From assembly GCA_008632985.1 (NCBI GenBank), contig QPGO01000208.1, positions 62,001 through 123,683 on the forward strand: DNA of 61,683 nt, given 5' to 3'. The position numbers and the translations under genes were made by a program. This document shows positions 1 to 11,623 of this stretch, one piece after another. The first letter of the stretch is position 1, and the number at the start of each line of letters is the position of its first letter. The notes under the pieces are model-generated. The model did no database searches and had not been told where the DNA came from. It worked only from the letters and a program-made list of their open reading frames with translations. The stretch is from Psammoneis japonica. Lineage: Eukaryota.

Positions 1-731
1 CAACAATGGTGATTTCAACCATAAAGAAGCTGTTCTTCGGGCCACCCCATAAATGAGAATACAGGTGCACATGGTAAACTGCGGCAAGAGTGTACGAGTG
101 CACCAACAAGGTAACACTTGGGAGGACCCCAAGTCGCACAGTATCGATTCACCACGCAGTAGGACCAAGGATACTCCGGCTTGGGCCGTGGCCACCATGC
201 TCCGTAACAGGCCTTGGCTGTCTCCAACGAAAAGTTGGAGTTGGCGAAGGACCAAAAGAGTGATACCATAACGGAGCCAAAGGATTCAACGGAGCAATAG
301 CTGATCCATCCCAACAAGCGAGTCGGGTCGGGTTGTTGGTTGGCCAAACCAATCTCGTCATCCATGAGCAAATATGAAATAAAGAAGAAAGGGCAAAAGT
401 AGAAGGACCCAAAGACATAAAACATTTTGTGTCGCGCAATGTCCGAGTCGAGTATGTAGTCGATTGTAAATGCTAACCACAACCAACACCACTACAACAG
501 AAAACATCTTTGCCTTTGGAATCACCGTGACGGGTCCTTGAGACTTCATAGCACCCGATATCCGCCCAACATAAAGAAAAGCGTTGATGCCAGACAGAGA
601 GTTTTTAGCAATTCCGAGGGAGGCAACTTGTCTCCGTACAAACGTACATAGACCTTGTTGAGGTTGCACAGAAAGGACTTGCACGAACGCTGTGCCATAG
701 ATCCATGAAAATCACTCAGTGGCCGATTCAT
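1..731 (-). CDS. Nucleotide transporter (NTT / TLC ATP:ADP antiporter family), 5' part, runs off the window; apparent frameshifts
   Basis: Three consecutive frames give 'LCLASTLFFMLGGY', 'IPKAKMFSVVVVLVVVSIYN' and 'GWISYCSVESFGSVMVSLFWSFANSNFSLETAKACYG', which match TLC/NTT motifs. Start codon not resolved. Confidence 0.75.
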
Positions 732-1649
732 AAATGAGTCCTTACCGATTCATTCCCATCATCATCCAAGTCAGCCTAGTCCTGAACATTCAAGTTCTTC
801 TTATTGGTCTCGTGACGATGGCATTGTCTTTTTGTAATGCTATGAATACTCAAAATTTCTGATGCAAGATGACTATCGTGCGTTTTGATTCACTGTTTTT
901 CGTTCGTAAGTCGAGAAAAACGTAGCAATTACAACAACAAGAACGTCAAAGGTACTGTACTCTCGTCCTCGGTCTTGTTGTACTGCAACAAAAAATGGTT
1001 CCTCCATGCCGTCCTCGACACTCTTCAGAATGTTCTTCATAAAGCGGTCCACGACTCCTCGAGTATGTAATACAAAAGTGCAGTAGTTAGAAATGATAAC
1101 ATTGAGTGCAAATCAAACCACACACAACAACGACACCAACAACGCAACCGCATGAAAACTCACTTTATTGACAAGATGCTCGGTGTGTCATTCGTCAATA
1201 ATAAGCAAAGGTATACATACTTCAAAACACACCTGCACTCCACCAATCGTTCATTGGCCAGGATTCGAATAAAGAATTGTTACGAAGAGAGAAATAACAT
1301 GGATTTTGGTTGTCAACGTGTTGCTGAGCTCAGTGGCTTTTCTAATTCCATTGGCAGCTGAACTTCTCGGTTTGTCATACAGTCGTACACCCATAACTTT
1401 CTGGTCGGTCGCATCCACTCCCTTTTATCCTGAAATCGTCCTCAGGGCCAAGTACCATCCGAGATCGGAGGGTTCAACTTCTTTACCACAGTTGTCGTCT
1501 TTCGTCATGGTGATGCCATTTTTCCTCTTTGCTCTATTTTGCTTCTGACGACTGACGATTTTTGTGCTAATCGCGCGCTCGAAATTATCAGTCCGATAAT
1601 AGGTATAACGGTACGGTTATAACTGAATGTATTACCCCGCAGGATTTTC

Positions 1650-4600
1650 TACACGACGAGCATTTGAAGCTTTTGGGGAAAAGTCGATGAAGAGACGTTT
1701 CGAAAATTGAGAGTGCACAGCGCCACAACATCATTTTCAGTTTGCCTGCAATGATGGATGATGGCGTTGCTGAGTCGAAATGACTTTTTTGAATCCGTTG
1801 CAGCTGACAAAAGGCCAGCCAATTCCTGATGTTTTGGTTTCGTCAGCGCAAGAATGTCCCCCAACCTTGTTGTGCATTTTAGCACAACCAGCCAAGGCAT
1901 TGAAAGGGAGCGGGCATGCCCCGCTGCTCTTGTGGACACATTTGCATCCACGCATGCTGGTCTCCAAGCATTGGAGAGCCAGCCCAAATGCCTCATGTGC
2001 TGTGTGTGGTGCACACATCTCTGACTTTTCATCGTTGTCGAGTGCTTCGCAGCACAGCTCCGGTTTTCAGCTCAGAGAGCAGGGGCACTGGCCAAGTCAG
2101 CAAGGGACACAAGAGCCCTCCACAAGCTGTTGACAGTGGACAACATGTGTGCCAGTGAGAAAGAGTGTGAGAGGCAGATCTCAGAGAGATCTGCTCATCC
2201 ATGACCCTGGGTCTGACCACTGTCCACATGACCTGGGTCTGAATTTCATTTGCGCAGCTGGCGCGCTGGTGCAGACACACACTCCCCATGTCTGTGATGC
2301 CTTGTGAGATGATGGCATGGGTCCTCACAAAGGGAAAGAGGAAGTGCAGCAGCACAAACAAAAGAACAACCCAGCCAATGGAAAGGCAGCAAACTGGATG
2401 ATGCAACAGACAGCCAGGCTCAACATGTGCAAAAAAACCACACAGGGCAAGAGTGTCCCCAAAAAGCCTCCAACAGCAGAGCAGGGTGTGCATGCTGACC
2501 CACCTGAGTCTTCAACAAAATGATCAGTGGCAGGTTTCAACAAAGCTTGCAGATCAACTGAGTCATGAGCCAAGAACAACTCTGTCACTCGACAAATGAT
2601 CAAAGTTGAAGAGGTGCACTCTGGCAAGCCACAATGCCACACTGAATCTTGTCCAGCAAGTTGAGGCTGGGAGGTGCAGGCTTGCCATGGGAGATGCTGC
2701 AGTGAAAATTAAGAATTGCAGCAGTGCACCAGACAACACAATGCCTCCACCACATTTGCTTTGCCCCTGAAAAATGTCTCACTGATGTCAACATCATGTT
2801 GGAGAAGAACATGAGAGAGCAAGTTGGCCAGGCATTGAAAAATGTTCTAATCTTGGCCACCACAAATGACAAAGCACCTTGGTCAAACCTTGAATGCCCT
2901 TCTGCTTTGCGTGCCTCCTCTTTGGTGCATTGTTGACCCGGCCTCCCCTGACCAGGAGGTGACAATTGTCAGGAGAAAGGATGGCTGGGGGGTTGGGAGC
3001 ACCATGAAAAGCAAAACACACAACATGTGCCAACAGTCAGGACAGCTGAGGAATGAGACTGTGTGGTGGAAGGCAACAATGCTTGGTGACCCTCTTTCTC
3101 AGTTGCCACACTTTTGCTGACCTTGTTTGGACATTGTCTGGATGAGAGGAGCTGCGACATTGTGCGCCCAAAGTTGACAATGATTGAGCCAAAACTCTGA
3201 GTGCAAAGTGACTCCACAGTTGACATGGCAGTGGCTGCATCCACATGAATTGTGCAATGGCATTGCCAAGGCAGCAAGCAAAATGTGATCCAGACTTGTT
3301 CCAGACTTAGGTGGCGCGCACATGCCCCTTTTCGCAGAAAAAATAATTTTTTAATGCTTTATCGAACACCGTACATATTTAATAAAATTGATCATATAAA
3401 TGGCTTCTAAGTAAAATAAACAGAATAAACTCGAACAAACAAACAGCCAAACCGGCCATGGCTTTCAGTGACCATGACGGCCCACTTTTTTCAGCCTTAT
3501 GGAAAATTGAATGTCATGACCAGGATCTCCGTATTTGATATAGTCTGTGTCATCAACAACAATAGTGAAAATGCTTGTTGAAGGCTGCAGCGCGGCACAA
3601 TAATGCTAAATCTGTCAGCAACAACAATTGAGCCTCTATTCACTCACAATTTGCCTCTAAGGACCATTTCTTTTCTATTACCATGTATATTTCCTCAATA
3701 TATTCGACTGATTCAAGTGTATCAATCGTTTATGCCTTTTAAACCGTGAAAAATGGTCCGAAGTCGACGCCATTGCGTGGGCTGAGCTACACTTCTTCTC
3801 ACGTCGTCCTAAACTTATTAATCAACGTATGCTTTATTCGATCCGTTGAGTGTAACTCGTATTTGCGTATACAAACAAAATATTAATTATGCTATGTTAA
3901 AGACTTAATTTATATATTTTAATAATATTTTATATGTTTCCTGTTACATTAAGGCATATATAAATAGCTCATCGGAAAATTCGAGCTCTCAACTTACGGT
4001 ACAATTTAGCGACTAACAACTGAGTCCATCAACAGTTTCGAATACATGGGTACACGCACAAGACAATTCTGTATGTACCCATAACAACACATTTGTAAAT
4101 TGTTATGTTTTTACTATCGAAAATGGTACCGCAAGTGTGGACCGCGCGTTTCATGCAAAAAGGGTCTTTTTTCGCGCGTGAGTGCACCTAAGTCTGGAAC
4201 AAGTCTCCATCCAATTGGCGAACACAGCCATCTTTGCATGGAACAACAGAACCACCAGAAACAAAACATTGGGAACTGGAGCAAGCTGGCATGTGGGCAT
4301 CAGCAGGAAGTGCCGCCAAATCTGGTGGACAACACCAGGAAGCAACCACCAATCTCTGCAGATGGCTCACCTTGCAGGTGCCACACCAGACACATCAGAC
4401 TCAAAATCCAGTGAATTGGCGCTTGCAAGATCCATCTGAACACCCACTTGAAGAAGACACCACAGGTGAGAGATGAGACAGAAAGCAAAGAAGCCAGTGC
4501 TCATCAATCACAGTTGCCAGACAGAAGGTGAAGTGCACTGACTGCATCAGCCCTTCTCATGAGGAAGGTTGTCCATGCCCTTGTCAAAGCACATGTGTGC

Positions 4601-5450
4601 TCAGCAAGCTCAACCTGAAAAGTTTCACAGTTGTGCTGTGGGGCACTCTTGGTGGCACAACCTGGATGTGCTGGTGGCCACAGCAGGCAATGCAAGCCCC
4701 GACAAGGCACCATGTGACGCCATGACAAGATCATCAACATGGGTCAATGTGGGCACAAGTGCTTGGTTGGGCACATGCAGCATGTCCTTTGATGTGCAAG
4801 ATTTCTTGGGGACACCTCCAAAACACCTGCCAGGCACCACACATGGCAATGCAGGGCTTGGTGCATCCTCACATGAGCTTGTGACAAGATTGGATGTTGT
4901 GGGTTGATGGAGGACTGTCACCCAATGATGACAGAAATGTGTTTGGGTGCATGTGGCTCAAGGGCAAACTTGCTCCAGCCCACGCAGCTCCACTGCACAT
5001 CAGGCAGAGTTGAAGTGTGTGTGCTTCATGCCAATTGCAGTGGCTCCTGTCACCTCATGAGCCTTGAGAGCAACTTCGATCTTCGGCTCTAGCATCTGCT
5101 GGCTTGGGAGGTGAGACAACATGGAGTCACCACCCACTGGAGACCTCACTTTGAGAGCAGCTTGTGCCTGAAGATTGACACAATGGCTGTTGCATCCTTG
5201 GGGTTCCTTGTTTGAGACAGGAAATGCTCATGAAGGATGTGGCCCCTGTCCTTGGCTTGGGCGTGTTTCTCGTCTTCAGAAAACTGATCCAGGTCAAGAA
5301 TTGTTTCACCATGAGTGTGGCTCAGGAACCCCGTGGATTCAGAGAGATGAGGGCATTCCTGATCTGCAACCTTGATGAAATCACGTCCGAATGATTGTCA
5401 AAGGACATGACAACTTCGAGCGCACTGCAGCTGACATTTAACAGGCGATT
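1650..5450. mobile_element. Decayed TE-like block depleted of CpG and TpA, interrupted by a younger TIR element
   Basis: Hundreds of bases without any TA (e.g. 2161-2400), TG/CA-rich, and only Cys/His/Gln-rich shadow ORFs. Family not identifiable and boundaries approximate. Confidence 0.55.
3293..4205. mobile_element. Non-autonomous TIR element (MITE-like), 913 bp, 21-bp perfect TIRs, 4-bp TSD TCCA
   Basis: GACTTGTTCCAGACTTAGGTG at 3293-3313 and its reverse complement at 4185-4205. TCCA at 3289-3292 and 4206-4209. AT-rich non-coding interior with TA and CG retained. Confidence 0.85.
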
Positions 5451-5668
5451 TTGCAACTGCCAAACGATTGAGAGGCTCCTTAGCTACAAGCATCCAACAG
5501 CAGTTACTGCCTCAAATCTTCGTTAGAGTTGAGTTACCGGCGTTGCTCTGATGGAGAAGTACCTCGTTCTACGTTCGTTCTAAACTAAAGGACTAGTCTA
5601 GCAGTAGCTACTAGAGAGAAGTATGTACAATTGTTAATTATAAATTACCAGGGTATGAGCATATACGG

Positions 5669-5785
5669 TACTTACCTTGCTTACCTTACCTATTTCTTCA
5701 CTTCCCTCACCAGTTGACAAGTTGCTCCATCGAGACAAACGTGATTCTTCCAAACATTGAGTCGACTCGCTGTTCAACCGACTTG
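5669..5785. repeat. 117-bp direct duplicate of 5962-6078 (3' end of the ART gene plus downstream sequence)
   Basis: TACTTACCTTGC...CAACCGACTTG present twice with one mismatch (TGTTC vs TCTTC). Confidence 0.9.
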
Positions 5786-5999
5786 GTGCGTGTGGCTTTT
5801 CAACCATAAGACTAACGTTCTAAAGACAATAGAGGAAAGACACCGATCGGAATTATGAACCATCATTCTCCGGAGAGACAGCGTCTAAATTTTCAACTAA
5901 TGGACTACAGTAGCTCGAAGTAGATACAAATAGAAATTATACACATTATGAATTATGAGCATACTTACCTTGCTTACCTTACCTATTTCTTCACTTCCC

Positions 6000-6671
6000 T
6001 CACCAGTTGACAAGTTGCTCCATCGAGACAAACGTGATTCTTCCAAACATTGAGTCGACTCGCTCTTCAACCGACTTGATAAGAAACTTTGTGCCGGGCC
6101 GAAACAATACTTCACATTCATGCTGATTCCTTTTGAGAGCCAGTCCTTTTACGTCCAAGCCTGTCTTGCTATCAATCTCGAAGAGAGTATTGCAGCCGCC
6201 TTCACCGGTGATAAAGCTCTTACACTTTTCCTTCTTGCGAGATGAACTCAGAAAGGCTGGGTCGCAAAAGGTGCCACCAGGCTTCAACGAATCGTAAATT
6301 TCTTGCGATAGCCCCGTACCACGATACACAATGCCATTGAAGGAGTTTAGCTTTGGACAGTATTGGAGGGCGTGATCCACGTCGCTGGCTCGTGACTTCA
6401 ACAATTCGGGATTCAACATTGTTTGCTGACCACGAAGGAACTTGTTAATCTCCGAGTACCCCGAGCCTGTGTAATCCTGGATCGCAAGCTTATCCGCTTT
6501 GTCTTGCCGACGCTTCTTCTGTGTATGCAGTTTCTTGATGTCTTTGAACACCTTCTTCATCAAGATGGCTCGTGACTCGACGCGTCTCTTCTTTTCTCGT
6601 ACGAAGTCTTGAACGGCTCGGCACAACTGGATTCTTTCAGCAATCTTCCAACGACATTCCAACAGAATCAT
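6000..6671 (-). CDS. R-S-E class mono-ADP-ribosyltransferase (VIP2/C3/phage Alt-like), intronless
   Basis: 'AIQDYTGSGYSEINKFLR', 'VYRG' (Arg motif), 'AFLSSS' (STS motif), 'LFEI' and 'HECEVLFRPGTKF' (E-x-E). ATG at 6671 is the assumed start; the ORF is open to 6953. Confidence 0.85.
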   Translation of the reverse strand: MILLECRWKIAERIQLCRAVQDFVREKKRRVESRAILMKKVFKDIKKLHTQKKRRQDKADKLAIQDYTGSGYSEINKFLRGQQTMLNPELLKSRASDVDHALQYCPKLNSFNGIVYRGTGLSQEIYDSLKPGGTFCDPAFLSSSRKKEKCKSFITGEGGCNTLFEIDSKTGLDVKGLALKRNQHECEVLFRPGTKFLIKSVEERVDSMFGRITFVSMEQLVNW

Positions 6672-8000
6672 GATCCAACTGAGAGGGAAAGTGGGACGAT
6701 ATGGTACGATCTGCGTAGAAGAGAACGAAGGAGAAACAGTATAGGTGAGTCGTAAAGTAAGAGGGAAATTGCAAGGATCAGCGACGGTCCTCTGAGCCAC
6801 TACAAGAGAAGAACTCAAGCCAGGCGAGAGACTAGCAGTCAGCGAACGTCTCATTCCGAATCCCATGGGGACCGTCATGATGGTGGGTAACTCAACAAAC
6901 GCCAAATGTTGCCCACCAGTGATCGATGCAAAAGGACGCTGCTGCCGAGTCACGAAAACCGCAGCAGCAGCACAGTTCTTTGTTGTGGGTCATGAACTGC
7001 AATACCCATCACACCAGAACGAAGCTGGGTGCAAAAGCGAGAGCGCATGTATCGAGTTGATAGCATAAAAAGCATAACTGCAATAGCAAGGGGTACAACC
7101 GTAACTCTACAAAGAGCAAGAGGATTGTGAGAGCTTCAGCAGCAGAACTGATTTGCCGATGTTGCCGTGATGGCCTTTGGTGGGATTGCTTGTGGTACTG
7201 ATTCTACGTATTTCTACGCAGTGATTTTTGAAACTGCAGGTTTGCCCTCCATTTACCCTCGCCGAAAGTCTCGCCAAAAGTGGGTTGCTCGAGGTATGGG
7301 TTCGATCAAAATTTTGTCGTGAAATGAGGTTCGTTTGAAAAAAGTTCACTGGAAATTGCTACTTGCGAATGTGCGGGTTTCGGGCGTCACCCAAACGTAG
7401 GAGCGAGGTGATGAGTTACAGTACATGGAGCCGTCCGAGATTATCCTCAAGCGAGAATCTAGGCTCATAAAGTTTTGTGTCTCTCTAGAATGCAGTCTAG
7501 CTTCTAAGAAAATGGTGGGGCTAGAGTAGAAGCAAAGTAATAACATTTATATGAACTGGAGCTACAACCCAGAACGATGACAATAGTAAATACGAGCCGT
7601 TTCCCCTATTCTCTGTTGGCAAACGGAAAGTCCGGTGCTCCAACGTCGGACCTCCACTTGTCATACTATGATTCTTTTCCCCCATACCTTTCAAGCTGTT
7701 ATTGATCCAACCGTTTTGAACACTAAGTCATACCGGGATACTGTTGGCACCAAAGCTCGAAAAACCGCTGACCGCCAAGCCTCACCATACCAAACCATCG
7801 TTCGATAGACTGACTCCTTGACCAATCGCATGAAAATAAATTCAAGAGAAGATGAAGCATTTGAAATGAATCATGATATTATAACCCCACCCCGCTAAGT
7901 ACTCGATGCAAGGCAGAGTGCGTATTCTCTAGCTAGATACCTGCATACCGGCAGTCCAAACTCGAATGCAACCCTCATAGTCCAATTCGAATCCAAGCCT

Positions 8001-9562
8001 TTACAAAGATTGAACAAAACAACCAGCAGCCGACAAAAGCAAAAGAAGCAAAGAAGGGTTGATGGTGGCACAGGATGACATTGGCTCGTGACTTTCGATT
8101 GTTTCCTTGATGTCGACCATTGGTTCAAATTCAGGGTAAACTGGAGGCTCCGTCGGTACTGTCGGCTTTGGCAAGGATTCTTCTTCCTCTTCCACCACCG
8201 TGATGTTGCCGTTTAATAAAGGCAGAATGTCAAATTGAGCCTGACACTTGTCCTCATCAAATTCCAGGCATAGAAATGTCGCTTGATTCCGGAGAGAATC
8301 TGCCAAGAGATCCCCAGAGGTCACCAAACAGGCGTTGCTGCAACTATACTGAGGTTGGGACACGGTATTGTCCTGTCCAGAATTGTTGGAAAGATGATTG
8401 GTCGAGTACTCCATCACAATCGGAGGCAGCACATTGTCATTTCCAACAAAGCATGATCGAGTGACATTGAGTGTACCGTGATACGAGTCGATACAAAAGG
8501 TAAAATCGGACTGCAACAATTACCGAGGAAAGAAACCAAGAGAAAACAGTGAGAGGCACGCTTTTTTCTAAATCAAAACGTGAAAAGGTATGGTGATTGA
8601 AGCTTACATATCTGGAAGCTTCTGGTGGTGTAAAGGTTTGATGGTTATTGCCAAAGTAGCTGTCTGTGACGATCAAATCACCAAATGTATTGGTGAGAGC
8701 GCCAAACAAGAGTACGTTTTCCTGTTGCATGAGAAGCACCAAAAAACGAGTTAGTTAGTCATCGCCAAAGAAGCAGTTTGTTTCCTTATCAGTTTGGCTT
8801 ACGGTAAACGTGCACCCATGAAATTCCACTTGAACGTTGGAGCGGAACTGTGTGTTCAAGTCACGCCTTTTCCTTACTTCGTCCTCGTCTATTGCTGAAA
8901 TCAATTCTCGTGGCCGATAGTGCGAGGCTCCATCGAGGCTATCAAGTTTCTTCTCTAGTGGGCGGTGGGATGGCTTTTGACGTTGAATACCAGTTGGCTT
9001 TACACTCGTTGCAAATATGGTCTCAGCGACGTTTCCCACCCAGTGACAGTCAACAAACCTTACAGAGGCATGGCTTTCCACGAGGACCGACACACCGCCT
9101 AGCTCGTCCTCGTTGCTATTCTCCCCAGACGACCCCATGACTTGAATGTCTGTAAACGTAACGCCCCTAACTTCAACATTCTCCACCTTGGCCTCTGTCG
9201 TCGGCGAAGTAATAAGCACTTGATATCCGTGAATGTCTAGTCGCACTCCCACTCCACTTAGCACGCACTTGTTGTTGGAAGACCCATCGCTACCACAAGA
9301 TATAGTAGTGTTGGAAGTAAAGATTTCCAGAAGAGCCCGGCCAGTGTTGGACGATGACTCAAACTGAGTATCTGGGCAAAGTACAAAGGTTCTCTGCTGT
9401 ACACCAATACTCGCCTCCTGCTCGTTTAGTGCGGCAAACTTGATCGTTGAAGATGTCCTCCAAATCATCAATACAGTCGCTCAACTCTCTCCCGTGCACC
9501 ACTGTCAGGCACAACAACAAAGAGAAAGGTACGAGGAACGATGAAGTGACAAGGTGTCTCAT
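8001..9562 (-). CDS. Secreted/GPI-like diatom-type protein, multi-exon
   Basis: Signal peptide, 'RTFVLCPDT...ISCGSDGSSNNKCVL' motif, intron donor near 8802, Pro/Thr linker and hydrophobic C-terminus. One frame break near 9440. Confidence 0.6.
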
Positions 9563-9989
9563 CCTTATCTTCCAACCTGACTTGCGGCAACCGGCATCAC
9601 CTCACAATCGTGTTGTCGGGATGCTGCGGGTGGATAATCTTTTTTGGCGGGGGATTCCGAGCGTTATCTTGGCGACATTAAAAACCTATGAGCTTGAATA
9701 ATATATACTTTATCCTCGTATTCAAACTTAAAGCATGTTTAATTCAAATCCTCAACGTCCAACCTCAATTGCGCTCACATTTTCGACGAGTGAATCGAAA
9801 TTCGCAAATCAACGTGTCTGCCGGAAATGCGTTTTGGTGCGGACTTCCCAATGACGGGAAGCCAAGAAATGGCGTTTTGAGGAAAGCCAGCTGCATTCTT
9901 TTAGATCGATGGCTCTCTCTCTCGGAAGCCCCCAATCCCAAACGCAACAAGCACAAGAGCCAGATCACCCCAGTCTAAAAAAATTCGTC

Positions 9990-11330
9990 AACGATCCCAT
10001 GGCAATTGGCGCATCACACCTTCATGCCACTAGAGAGACCACAGTGCATCAACGGGTTTGGAGGATGATGTTGCCGAGTGTGCCAGTCACTGCAAATGCA
10101 CAAGTGTTTGACATGCCCCCCCTCTGTCATTCGACGACACTTGCCCCAGTCTCTGTGACTTTCCATTTGGGGTGCTTTGTTCAAATCAGCGGCAACTTTC
10201 CGTCCATCAAATGCTGTCATCTGCTTCTCTTCAAGACTCACAAAATGGGAATGCTGTGACGAGTGTGTTCCTCCATGGAGCGAGTTGCTGTTGCCGCTCA
10301 GATGTTCTGAAGCAAAGTGGCAGGCAGTCGAGTTGCTGTGGTTGAGGATTGACAGATTTCGAAAGGACAAGAAACCAAAGCTGAGGCACATTCATTTCTG
10401 TTTTGTGACAGAGTTGTCATTGTGAAAAAAAGTGATTCCAGCTGTTGCTTGTGTTTGACAATGGAGAAGCAAATTTTTAATCATCTGAGGAGGCGCTCTT
10501 CAGAGAGCAACATTTTTGACAGGGCACGGTGTGACAGGAGGCACCAGAAGAACCATGGCAAAATTGTTGCAAGCATTTGAGAACTTTCAATGATGTCACC
10601 CATTGATTGATGGCTGGGGCGTTCTTTGGGAAAGAAATGTCATCGAGGTCGCGTTGGTCCCCCCCTTCTTGGCACAAGGGGGGACATTGCCCAGCTGGGA
10701 AAGAGCTGGCTTTGGATGCACTCCACATCCTGACCAGATGAGCACACTCTGCTTCCCTTGCAACACTTGCAATTTCTGGTCCTGACATTGCAGCCACATG
10801 AGAAAGGACCCACCAAAGCAGCCTCAAAGCACTTCGAGGGGCCCACATTGAGAGAGTGCAAGCGGGCCTCAAAAAACTCGCAAGTCGGCACCACACCATC
10901 AAAAGCTGATTCAAGCACAAGCAATTTTGCCCCTGGATTCATCATGGGTTCTCCAACACACAACTGGTGTGCAACATCTTGCATTGGGCAGCCACAGATG
11001 CCACCAATTGACTGCACCTCATTGCACTCTGTCGTGCTGCTTTCTGGGGAGCTCGCACGGGCATCCAGCAAGGAACAGTTCAACACAGAAACTGGCCAGT
11101 TGATCTGAACAACCTTCTCCTTCCATGACATCTCCCCCCATTCAAACAAAGCATGCACAATGATGAACCATCGGCACCTTGACCGGACACAACCTCTGCG
11201 ATGGAAAAACTGGGAGATTGAGGTGGCGCAGTGCATCATGACAGCCCACCAAAAGGTTCGAAAACAACATCGAACATGGTTTCTTCTGTAAACAGAACAA
11301 GAGCAAAGAGCAAGTGGCCCTCGCAGTCGC
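9990..11330 (-). pseudogene. CpG/TpA-depleted block containing a relic of a diatom-type Cys-rich repeat secreted protein
   Basis: Minus frame 'CNEVQSIGGICGCP..LCVGEPMMNPG...PTCEFFEARL...CFEAALVGPFSCGC' (~10780-11090) resembles the TC..EA...C...CGC repeat of diatom surface proteins. No Tyr in this stretch. Confidence 0.5.
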
Positions 11331-11623
11331 TTGAAGTGGAACAGTGCAGACAGCAGACAGCAGCGGCGGATCGGACTCATCAATCAGATCATCAGATCAG
11401 AACGTGGAACTTGAAGTAGCACGATCGGCTAAGCTCGATACACACATCAACGGTGTGTCGTGTGTGTGACAAACTTTCGTTGAACTTCACTGCAATGGAG
11501 AAACGGCCCACGCCACGTAGATTTCTACGTGTCTTGTACCACGGCGCCTCCATTGCAGACAGCATCTCTTCTCGTTCGAGTGCTCTCACAATTTCTGAAT
11601 TGCTTGTCAGTTCACAGTCCATC

